Origin: Vicugna vicugna
Lineage: Eukaryota
Assembly: GCA_013265495.1 (NCBI GenBank)
Contig: MU059972.1
Span: 885,915 to 949,914, forward strand
Length of the DNA stretch: 64,000 bases
Direction: 5' to 3'
This document shows positions 12,560 to 22,100 of this stretch, one piece after another. Positions within the stretch are counted from its first letter, which is position 1. Each line of letters starts with the position of its first letter. A program made the position numbers and the translations under genes. Under the pieces are notes generated by a model. It made no database searches. It was not told where the DNA came from and saw only the letters and a list, made by a program, of their open reading frames with translations.

Positions 12560-13420
12560 ACCGTTCGGCTCCAGGACTGGGGACCCCGTGGGGACCCTGG
12601 GCGGAGGGACGAGGGGAGACCTCAGGCTGCGGGGGGACTTCGGGCCGCGGGGCCCGCGTCCTGCCGCGCTGGGAGCGCCTGCCCTTCGGCCGGGCAGGTC
12701 ACGACGTCTCCGGAGCTGCCGGCCCCGTCCAGTCCGCCCGGGCGGTCGGCCACCCCCCATCTCGGGCCAGGACGGACCTCGGAGCCCACGGCGCTCACTG
12801 CGCTGACCGCGTCCGCCCGGCCGAAGCTCCCCTCAGCTGCACGAGCAGTGCGGTCCCCAGAAAGCCCCCACGCGCCTGCGCCCACCCCGCGCCTGCGCAG
12901 AGCGACGCCCGCGCGGACTCCGTGTACGGCCCGATCCCCGCGCCTGCGCAGAACCGGAGCGCCGCCGCGGGCTAGCGGGGGCGGGCTCAGCGTCAGCAGC
13001 CCGTCGTCCGATCCAGTTCATTGGCTGTAAAGTGGAGTGTGCGCCAGGCCCGCCGCTGATTGGGCGGCGCGCGGACAGGTGGGGCGGCGCCGACCAACTG
13101 CCCGGCCGGCTGCGGCGCGGGTTGGAAAGGCCCGCGGTCGTGGGCTGGGGTCGCGCGGTTCCTCGGCCATGGCCTCGGGGAAGCCGGTCGTGGCGGTGAC
13201 CTGCACCGCGCCGGTCAACATCGCGGTCATCAAGTACTGTGAGTATGCGGGCCTGGGGGCGCGGTGTTGGGGGGCCTGCGGACGGGGAAGCTGGGATTCA
13301 GAGGCGCCGGTTTGGGCGGTGGACCCGCCCGCGGGGCGGGTGGGCTGGGCCCCGCTGGCCCCTCGAGTGGACTGACTGGCTTTGCCTCGGGTTGTCTGTT
13401 GCAGGGGGAAAGCGGGATGA
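12560..13420. promoter_or_regulatory. CpG island / MVD promoter
   Basis: Very CpG-dense stretch covering exon 1; three GCGCCTGCGC (NRF1-type) motifs at 12872, 12889, 12940; inverted CCAAT (ATTGG) at 13020 and 13059; SRE-like GTGGAGTGTG at 13032; GC boxes; no TATA seen. Confidence 0.85.
13169..13238 (+). CDS. MVD: MVD exon 1 (coding part)
   Basis: gccATGG; [23 protein letters not shown]; donor T|GTGAGT. Confidence 0.96.
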
Positions 13421-16400
13421 GAAACTGATCCTGCCCATCAACTCCTCTCTGAGCGTCACTTTGCACCAGGATCAGGTTAGCGTGGACTGCCAGCAAACAC
13501 CAAAAATATTTACAGAACTTTTGTTTACGAATGGTAGCGACAAACCCGCCGCCAATGAACGGTGTCCGTTCCACCCGCCGCTGTTAGGAATGCTCATCGT
13601 GCGCACACGCCTGGTCCTCCTCTGGGGGTCCCTGTCCTTCATTCCCTGTGCCCGGCCCAGTGGCCCTGACGTGGAACGTGGAAACAGGTCGTGCCCTGTG
13701 TAGTGGACGCCTGTGTGACATCCCCACCGACCGAGCCTGGCCCGCCTGGGCCTCCACCTCCCTGCTTTCCAGCAAGGCCACTGTCCTGGGTGGGTGACCA
13801 GGAGGGACCCTCAGAGAGGAGTGCTTGGCGGGCATCCGCTCCTGAGGTGGCCCTGCGTTTCCCTTCCCAGTTAAAAACCACCACGACGGCCGCCATCAGC
13901 AGAGACTTCACGGAGGACCGGATTTGGCTGAACGGCTGCGAGGAGGACATTAGGCAGCCGCGCCTCCAGGCCTGCCTGAAGGAGAGTGAGTGGGGGCCCG
14001 GAGCTGCTGGGTCTTCAGGCCGCAGGGGTCCAGGGCACAGATGGTGCTGCTGCCACTTTGCCCGCCACGTCCCATGCCCCAGGGACCATGGTCGCCTGTC
14101 AGCATGGCCAAGTCCGGGCCTGGGTCCTCCCAAGAAGGAAGTCACGGGGAGAGGTTCGGGTGGAGGCCAGCCCCAAGGGTGCTGGCCGACGGCAGGTGGG
14201 CGGCTCTGCCCAGCGCCGACTCCTTCTCCCTGTAGTCCGCCGTCTGGCCTGCAAGCGCAGGAGCGGCAGCCCGGAAGACCCACCGCCCCTCAGCCACAGC
14301 TGCAAGGTTCACATCGCCTCGGAGAACAACTTCCCCACGGCTGCGGGCCTGGCCTCCTCAGCGGCCGGCTATGCCTGCCTAGGTAGGTGCCCCTCACACC
14401 GGCCGTGGCCTGGGTGATCTCGCATGTCTTGAGTGCCGAGATCTCCCGGGGACCCGTGGATGGGACCCTGCACATGGCAGAAACCCCCCAAACCTGCTTA
14501 AACTGAGTAGGGGGATTCTGTGGCTTACATAGTGGAATTCCAAGGGGGTACAGCTGGCTCCAGGTTCTGGTCCTCCCACTGGGAGTCCATCTCTCTTGCT
14601 CTACACCCCAGCTCTGCCCTCCCTGTGCTGGCTCACTCTCCAGCAGGGCCCCCGACCCCTGCCTGGGGGCAAAGCTGGTCACCACAGCGATGGGCGGCAG
14701 GGACACGTCCTCAGAGTCCTGAGACCAGTGACCCAGCAAACCCCCTACACCACCACCCCTCAGAGCTCCTCAGAGAGTTCTGCCTGCCCAGGCCCCCGGG
14801 CACGGGCCCCCAGGCCCCTAGCAGGCTTCCAGGGCAGCTGCTCCTTGTAAGTCCTGAGTGCCTGAGCCCACCGTGGGGGATGCCCACCTTGGGAGCTGGG
14901 ATTCCTTCTCTCCCATGGCTCTGAGCCCAGGACGGACCCCAGCCTGTCTGAGCCTCTCTGCCCTGCCTGCTCCTGTGCCTGCAGCCTACACCCTGGCCCG
15001 CGTCTATGGGGTGGAGAGTGACCTCTCGGAAGTGGCCCGCAGGGGCTCGGGCAGCGCCTGCCGCAGCCTGTACGGTGGCTTCGTGGAGTGGCAAATGGGA
15101 GAACGGGCTGACGGGAAGGACAGCATTGCCCGGCAGGTGGCCCCTGAGTCACACTGGCCCGAACTCCGAGTCCTCATCCTCGTGGTGAGTGAGACGGCTG
15201 TGGAGCGAGGGGCCCCCCTGGCTGGCCCGGCTGAGCTGGGGGTGCAGGAGTGGGGAGGGCGGGGCTTCAGGGCACAGTCCAGGCCGTCTCTCCCTTGGGG
15301 CAGGTGAGCGCCGGGAAGAAGCTGACGGGCAGCACCGTGGGCATGCAGACCAGCGTGGAGACTAGCCCCCTGCTCAGGGTGAGGCCTCACTCGGCGGGCG
15401 GGCCGCTCCCTGGGGGCCCTGGGAGCCCAGCCCCTCAGCCCCGTAGCCCCAGTGGGCCCACACCATTAGGAGACTGTCTGCCTTGCAGTTCCGCGCCAAG
15501 GAGGTGGTGCCGGCCCGCATGGTGGAGATGGCCCGCTGTGTCCGGGAGCGGGACTTCCAGGCCTTCGGCCGGCTGACCATGCAGGACAGCAACCAGTTCC
15601 ATGCCACCTGCCTGGACACCTTCCCGCCCATATCCTACCTCAACGACACGTCTCGGCGCATCATCCACCTGGTGCACCGCTTCAATGCCCTCCACGGGCA
15701 CACCAAGGCAGGCTGGCTGGCACGGGTGGGCTCTGTCTCACTGTGGTTCATTCGGCTGTGTGGCCCCATGTCCAAGCCCCTTGTCCCGAGTGGGTGGGAG
15801 TTCGCCTGGCACCTGGGAGTGGGTCTGAGCTGCGGCACCTGGTCACGCTGAACGCATGGTTCCAGGTGGCCTACACATTTGACGCGGGTCCCAATGCTGT
15901 AATCTTCACTCTGGATGAGACCGTGGCTGAGTTTGTGGCTGCCGTGAGGCACAGCTTCCCACCTGAGTCGAATGGAGACAAGTGAGTTGTGGGCTGCTGT
16001 CCAGGAGGCAGGGGTAGGAGGCGTGGGTTCTCTTCAGGCTGTGGTGGGGGTTGACCCGCGGAGACCACAGGCGGTGTATCCTCAGGGACGCCTCCGTGTG
16101 ACCTGGACGCTCCTCCGCCCAGCCCAGCCAACCCACACGCAGGCACACACAAACACACGCACGCACACACACCCACACCCACGCGCACGCATGCCGCCAG
16201 TGGCTTCTGTGCAGAGTGCATTTCTTCTCTCCAGCTGTTCTAAGGGGCCCTGTTCTCAGCGTGGGGACACCTGCCCCCTGGGGGTGTGGGGGCATGTGGA
16301 GTCCTTCTGTCCATCACTGTGAGGGGGCAGTGCCCCTTCTAGTGGGAGGGGCTGGATACTACATCCCCACCAGATGGGACAGACCACAGGACCGAGGACA

Positions 16401-17543
16401 GACCGGCTGGTGTGCCCTCTGGGGGCTCATTGCCTTGGTCACCTTGTGGGTGGTTTGTAGGTTTGTGCTTGAACTGAGGTGTTTTCTTAAGTTCTGCTAC
16501 CCAACGTGCGTGGCAGTAGCCACAGGCCAGGGCAAGGGGGCAGCACCGAAACCTCCCCTCAGGGACCCCACCAGGCCCCTGGCGTTCCTGCACAGTGCTT
16601 AGCGCACGTGGTGAGACACAGGTAACATGAAACGCACCACCAAGCACTTGGGGTGGACAGCCTGGTGGCATTAAGAATATTCAGGGCGGGGCAAGCAGCA
16701 CTTGTGCATCAGCCCGCAAGAGCCCGTCCTGGTGGCAGTCACAGCCCGAGCCGCGCAGCCACTCTGGGGCTTCCGTCCTGGAGCCGCCTGTCTGCACACC
16801 GCGTCTGCGGACCCCGGGCCAGCCTGCCGTTCTCTCCCAGGTTTCTGCAGGGGCTGCCTGTGGAGCCTGCCCTGCTCTCGGACGAGCTTAAAGCTGTGTT
16901 GGGCGTGGACCCCGCTCCTGGCGGCATCAAGTACATCATTGCCACCCAGGTGAGCCCCGGCCGCACCCGTCACAGGCCTGTGGGCTCGGCCAGGCTGGGG
17001 GCCACTTTGCTGATGGTCAGGTAGCAGGAACCCTGCTCCTCGGGTTTCAAAGCACCCAGTGTTTCCCTCGCTCACTCTCAGTGGACGTGTGAGGGCCCTG
17101 CGGTGCGTGGGGCAGCGTTCCTGTGCTGGGGAATGTGGGGGCCTCCAGGTCACCCCACCAGACCAGGTCAGGGTCCTGCTCAGTGGTGGGGCCGGGATTT
17201 CCCTTAGATCTGTCTGATTCCAAGACCGTGACCTTGTGCCCCCAGGCCACAGCCCCTATCTTCCATCCCAGGACCTGCTCTCCACCCCAAGCCTGGGCTG
17301 TGGAGGCAAGTGCCCAGGGGACCCCAGCTCTGCCTGAGGCTTGGGCCCAGGGCCAGCGTCACCATGGGGGCTGTCATCTTCTGATCTGCACTTACCTGGG
17401 AGGGCAGGTGCACTCTGCCCCTCCCTGTCACCTGCCCTGACATTAATTTCTGTACCCGCCAGGTAGGACCTGGGCCTCAAGTCCTGGACGACCCTGGTGC
17501 TCACCTGCTGGGCCCTGATGGTCTGCCGAAGCCAGCCGCCTGA
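13169..17543 (+). CDS. MVD: Diphosphomevalonate decarboxylase, complete, 10 exons, 400 aa
   Basis: join 13169-13238,13405-13475,13871-13985,14236-14382,14985-15184,15304-15378,15489-15707,15866-15981,16841-16949,17463-17543 = 1203 nt, open frame. Motifs [24 protein letters not shown] (S127), [10 protein letters not shown] (R161), TFDAGPN (D305); F249 and N292 in place. Intron 7 is GC-AG. Confidence 0.98.
13405..13475 (+). CDS. MVD: MVD exon 2
   Basis: gcag| [24 protein letters not shown] |GTTAGC. Confidence 0.96.
13871..13985 (+). CDS. MVD: MVD exon 3
   Basis: ccag| [38 protein letters not shown] |GTGAGT. Confidence 0.96.
14236..14382 (+). CDS. MVD: MVD exon 4
   Basis: gtag| IRRLACKRR...[19 protein letters not shown] |GTAGGT. 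Confidence 0.96.
   Translation, partial: SAVWPASAGAAARKTHRPSATAARFTSPRRTTSPRLRAWPPQRPAMPA
14985..15184 (+). CDS. MVD: MVD exon 5
   Basis: gcag| [36 protein letters not shown]...VLILV |GTGAGT. Confidence 0.96.
15304..15378 (+). CDS. MVD: MVD exon 6
   Basis: gcag| [25 protein letters not shown] |GTGAGG. Confidence 0.95.
15489..15707 (+). CDS. MVD: MVD exon 7
   Basis: gcag| [11 protein letters not shown]...[20 protein letters not shown]...HGHTK |GCAGGC (GC donor). Confidence 0.93.
15866..15981 (+). CDS. MVD: MVD exon 8
   Basis: ccag| [16 protein letters not shown]...PPESNGD |GTGAGT. Confidence 0.96.
16133..16192. repeat. Imperfect (CA/CG)n microsatellite in MVD intron 8
   Basis: cacacgcaggcacacacaaacacacgcacgcacacacacccacacccacgcgcacgcatg. 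Confidence 0.8.
16841..16949 (+). CDS. MVD: MVD exon 9
   Basis: ccag| [37 protein letters not shown] |GTGAGC. Confidence 0.96.
17463..17543 (+). CDS. MVD: MVD exon 10 (coding part)
   Basis: ccag| [29 protein letters not shown]. Confidence 0.96.
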   Translation, partial: VGPGPQVLDDPGAHLLGPDGLPKPAA

Positions 17544-18100
17544 GCACCTTAGTGGAGCCCCAGCTGCCACTGGGTGAAGGGGCCACTTCACTGGGACTGG
17601 GGAGCCGGGTGTGGCGGTCGGCCCACCCTGCTTGTTGGGATTGTGGGTGCCTGCCTCACTCTGGGCCCGGCAATGTGCCATGGCAGAGTTGGGGCAGTGG
17701 AGAAACACCTGCAGCCACACAGGCGGTCAGGAGCCCGCCAGTACCTCATCTTCCCCACCTGCACCCACACTTTGCTGAGATGGGAGCCTAGATCAGGAGA
17801 CAGACGTGGAGGACCAGCCATCCAGGTGGAGCTGCCAGTGCCTCCACCAGTGAAGTGCTCTCTGGCCCTGAACTTGGGCCACCCCCACTGCCCCAAGGAG
17901 AAGACGGCCAATCAGTGTGCCCCTTGGGGCTGGAGGACAAGTCACCGTGCAGGGAGCAGCCTCAGGACACCTCCGTGAAGTGTTCCTCCAGACCCTGAGC
18001 TTAGGCCCATGTGCCTGCAGTTTCTTCACAGACCAGTGGTGTGTCTGGAGCGGGGCGGGGAGCAGCACCGAGAGGTGAACGGGACTCTGTCTGGCCCCAG

Positions 18101-18106
18101 AGTAAA
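18101..18106 (+). terminator. Candidate MVD poly(A) signal (AGTAAA variant)
   Basis: Only PAS-like hexamer I found between the MVD stop and the CYBA start; GT/T-rich sequence follows (gcgtgctttctct). Confidence 0.5.
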
Positions 18107-18919
18107 GGCAGTGAGCTGACTCTGCCTGGCGTGCTTTCTCTGGGCCCTTGCGGTCATTCTGCAGTGAGGACTGGGAAGGGGCTGCCGTGGGCTTGGCAGG
18201 AGGGGCTGAGGACTCACCTTCCCCCCAGCTCGCCACCCCCCACAGCCCCGGCCACACTGTGACGGACCTGGTCACTGAGGCTCATGGCCTGGGATGTGGT
18301 TTGGGTGCAGGAAGGTAGGCGGGCAGTGCCGACTGAGCAGAAGCTGTGGGCCTGTGGGTCTGAAGCACTGGGTCGCTCCCTCCTTTGCGTGACCTACTCC
18401 ATCCATGTTCCTAGTCCCTCCGCACTGTCCCAGCCAGGCTGGGAGGAGAGGGGGTGGGCACCTGCGCCCTCTGACCTGCCTCCTGGCTCCCCTCATTGTC
18501 CCGAAAGGGTCAGCTTCCTGCTGCTGGAGAGTCCTGACCTTGACGCAGAGGTGGGGCAGAGGAGGGAGGTGATAGGACAGGACCCTGCCCTCCTACACTC
18601 TGGGTTTTCCCAGAAGCTGCACCCTGGGAGCCCCCCAAGACAGTCCTGGTGAGCAGAGGGGCTGCAGCTGCCCACACCTGCACTAGCCCAAGGCCAGATG
18701 AGGCGGAGCTGGGCCTGCTCTGACCGCCAGGGAGGGATCCCCATGAGGCCTAGGGGTTCCTGGCCTGAGGCCCTGCTCCCTCTGCAGGGGGGCACCACTG
18801 AAGCCAGGGTGGCTGGGTCTCTCCCTGAGCTCCCGGCGGCCCAGGCTCTCATGGAAGGGGTAGGGGCAAGGCTCCTGGGAGCATGGGCCCGCCTGCCTGC
18901 TGGCCAGGCCAGTCACCTG

Positions 18920-19067
18920 GAGCCAGGGTGGGGCGGAGCGAGCAGCAAGGCGGCCCCGGAACTTGGGAAACTCTGGGCGGGGCTGGCAGGAGGCAGGCGG
19001 AGCTCAGGCCGCGGGGTCCGAAGGGTCTGAGCCAGTCGGAGGAGCCTTGGGGAGCCGTGCAGCCGCC
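18920..19067 (+). promoter_or_regulatory. CYBA proximal promoter / 5' UTR
   Basis: GC boxes (ggggcggag ~18930, gggcggggc ~18976) directly upstream of a strong-Kozak ATG; no TATA seen. Confidence 0.55.
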
Positions 19068-19125
19068 ATGGGGCAGATCGAGTGGGCCATGTGGGCCAAC
19101 GAGCAGGCGCTGGCATCTGGCCTGA
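19068..19125 (+). CDS. CYBA: CYBA exon 1 (coding part)
   Basis: gccgccATGG; [19 protein letters not shown]; donor A|GTGAGT. Confidence 0.96.
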
Positions 19126-22100
19126 GTGAGTGGGCATCAGGGCTCTGGCACTTGGGGTGGGGGCCGCAGGGACGGCTGAACCTGGGGTGAGGGGCGCCGA
19201 AACTTAAACCCTCAGGATTGGCCAGGGCCCAGCAGAGCAAAGCTGAGGGCCAGGAGTCAGCTACCCTAGGCTGTGGGCCGGGGAAGGGGGAAAGGAGCAG
19301 GCTGGAGGCAGGGGTGGGGAGCAGGGTCCGGACCAGCCAGAGACCCCAGACTGCAGGTCAGGAAGTGGGAACTGAAGCCTGGGGGTGGGGGCTGAGTCTG
19401 GAGCCTTCTGCCAGGGACCTGCAGCCCCGTGGGAAAGGGCCTGGGGCCAGTGTCAGGACAGGCTGCAGCCCTCAGGTTGAGAAGGATTCAGTGCCCTCCT
19501 GCCCTGCAGACCCATGCACCCCACCTCCCATCCTCTGTCCCGCTGCCACAGTTGTTCCTGCTTCACTCCTCCACTCACCCCCTGAAAAGAGGAAGTTGAA
19601 GCTGGGGGAAGAGGCGTTTTCGCCCCTGGTGGTTTCCGGAGAGTCACCACCCATCGGGTTGGAAAAACCCGGCCTGACCCGCCCCTGTGGCCCCTCCTGT
19701 GCTGGTGTGGGGGCTCCTTCCCAGGGGCCCTGGGGTGCAGAGGTGGGCTCCTCCTGCCTCCTGGCCAGGCGCTTGGCCCACGGAGGGGTGACCCTCTCTC
19801 TGGGGCCCAGCCCTGGGTCTGCTGAGGAGGGCCCTGTGCACAGTGCTGTAAACGGCCCCCACTGCCCCTCCCTCCCAGCTCCCCAGGTGCTCCTGGGAGG
19901 GACGGCAGGGCCCCATCACCCAGCCTTGCTCTGGTCAAGGAGCAGTGGGGTCTGCACTATACACTTAGAAGTGAGACCCAGACACGCCCCCCTCACCCAC
20001 CAGTGCCAGCTGGGGGCAGAGGAGCTGGCCAAGCTGGGACGGGTAGGGGAGCAGAGACGGGTGAGGTATCCGGCCTGCCCACAGGGCAAGGTCATATTTT
20101 GGAGGGTGGTCTCTCCTGGGTCTGGAGTGGCTAAGAACCCAGCAGGTCAGTAGATGGCTCTCCTCATCTCATTTCTGCCCAGAGCTGTCCTTAGCAGACC
20201 CCCAGCCCCCAGAAGGAGAGGGTGACTGCAGGCTCTGAGCGTGGAGCTGAGAGGCCTGGATTCCTGTCCCAAGGGTGCAGATGGTACCCCCGTGGTGGCT
20301 TCCCTGTTCTCAGCCAACACCCGGGGGCAGGGCTGTTCTGTGTCCTCTTTACAGTGATGCCCCGACATCCACCATCAGATGGGGCGGCTTGTGGGAAGGT
20401 CACCCTTCCGACCTCCTTGGTCTGCCTTTTCCTCCTGACTCAGTATTGACTATAGCCTGGCCCTCCTCAGACCAGGCCCCACGAGTGAGATCGCAGCCCC
20501 CAGGCCTGTTCTCCCCCTGCCCCCCACCCCTCTCCGGGGCCACCCACCTGGGCTTCCTGTCACGTCCCCCGTCCCAGTTCTCCACTAGCTGAAGCTTATG
20601 CCCTCACCCGAGGCCACAGCCCCGTGCCAGCTGAGGCCTGGGTCCCAGCGGGACCCAGCGGCCCTGCACACGCCACCTGCGAGCTTCTCTCTTGCTGATG
20701 ACCGAGGCCCAGGCTGAGGAAGTGGTGTCCCCAGGACGAGTGGACACGGTGCTGCAAGGGCCTGCCCGCAGCGCACAGGGTCCTGGCAGCACAATGAGCC
20801 TGAGTGCGCAGCGCAGCCCGAAACCAGCCAATGGCAGCGGGGCTCTGGGGGCTGGAGGGGCTCGGGGGCCTCTCTGGAAAAGGGCTGAAACCAAGCTGCA
20901 TGCCTGAGGCTGGTGCTGTAAAGGGCTGCCCGCACAGGAAACACCACAAGAGCGCCCCCTCCGAGAAGTGCGCTGTCTGTGCCAGAGCCCAGATGAAGAA
21001 TGCCACGGGCAAGAGGAAACCCCTGGAAACCCAGGCCTGGGCTGTGCAGGGAATAGGGGCTGCCCTCCCCGACCCTGTGTCGCAAGGACCACCGACCAGG
21101 AAGTTCCGGTCCCGGGAAAGGACCACAGAGGGGTGAGCTTCAGCCAGAGCGAAGCTGGGTCCAGGGGGAGGGGCAGCAGCACCAGAGGGAGGACGCAGCG
21201 AGTCCGTGTTGACTATAAAGAATGAGTATCACTGGTAACCTGGGGTGAGACTGAAGTGAAACATTCTCAAGTCCATACGTGGTTCAGGAAGAGGGATTTT
21301 AAAGTTCCATCAAGTCAGCAAAAGGCAGGCGAAGCAACAAAAGTGCTCATTAAAGGGAAAACATAAAATCAGGTAAGTTTCTCTCTGCAGCCACAGTCAA
21401 CAAATACGTTAAATTCACTACCATTCATGGTAGCCCGAAACCGGAAGCAACTGACACGTCCCCGAGGTCACAGAACAGGTCACCTGTGGATGATTCAGTC
21501 AAAAACTAGTCAGCAAGAGTGACCCACACGAAGGGCCAGGATGACCGCTGACCCCAGAAGAGCCGAGAGAGACTTCCGGGGTGACGGGGACCTTGACTGG
21601 GCAAGGTCACATCGGGGGAGTCACACGAAAGTAAAGTTCTCAAGCGTACATGTGCACCCGTCACGTAGTAATTAAACCTCAGTGAACGGCTGGGGATGTG
21701 AGACGCGGGGACAGTGGCGCAGCGATGTGAATGCCCTTCCTGAGCCCCCCGCTGTGAAACGGCTAAAAACGCGGCATTGTGTGTGGTGCTCGTGTTACCG
21801 CCCACACAGCATTACTGGGGAGGAAAGACGGAGACCCTCGTGTCCCTGCAGCGACCAGGAGCACAGATCTGAGCAGACGGCTGGGAGAGACAGACTCCAT
21901 CCGGAGCAGGATGTCAGCACCAGACAGAGCACGGGACACTGGCACGGGGGGAGGGGCGCCCACGGAGCAGGCCCAGGCCCCGACCCCCACCCTGCCTTGG
22001 CAGCTCCTTCCGCCCACACGCTGCTCCCAGGGGAAGGCATCCTGACCCCTACGGCCTCCCCATCACCTGCCAGGGTCTGCATCCGCCTGGGCCCCCTGCC

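Noticed and set aside
13037-13168. In-frame Arg-rich N-terminal extension of MVD from a GTG
   Set aside because: It overlaps the CCAAT/SRE promoter elements, so is probably upstream of the TSS; the composition simply reflects CpG-island sequence.
19218-20153. 311-aa ORF in CYBA intron 1, and similar long ORFs (8568-9350, 21682-22446, 27616-28395, 34086-35009, 41506-42387)
   Set aside because: P/G/A/R/S-rich translations of very GC-rich DNA where stop codons are rare, or off-frame/antisense shadows of real exons; no recognisable domain.
20680-21230. Protein-like ORFs in CYBA intron 1 (possible retrogene)
   Set aside because: No recognisable parent gene, poly(A) tail or TSD; may be a decayed L1 ORF1 segment but could not be confirmed.
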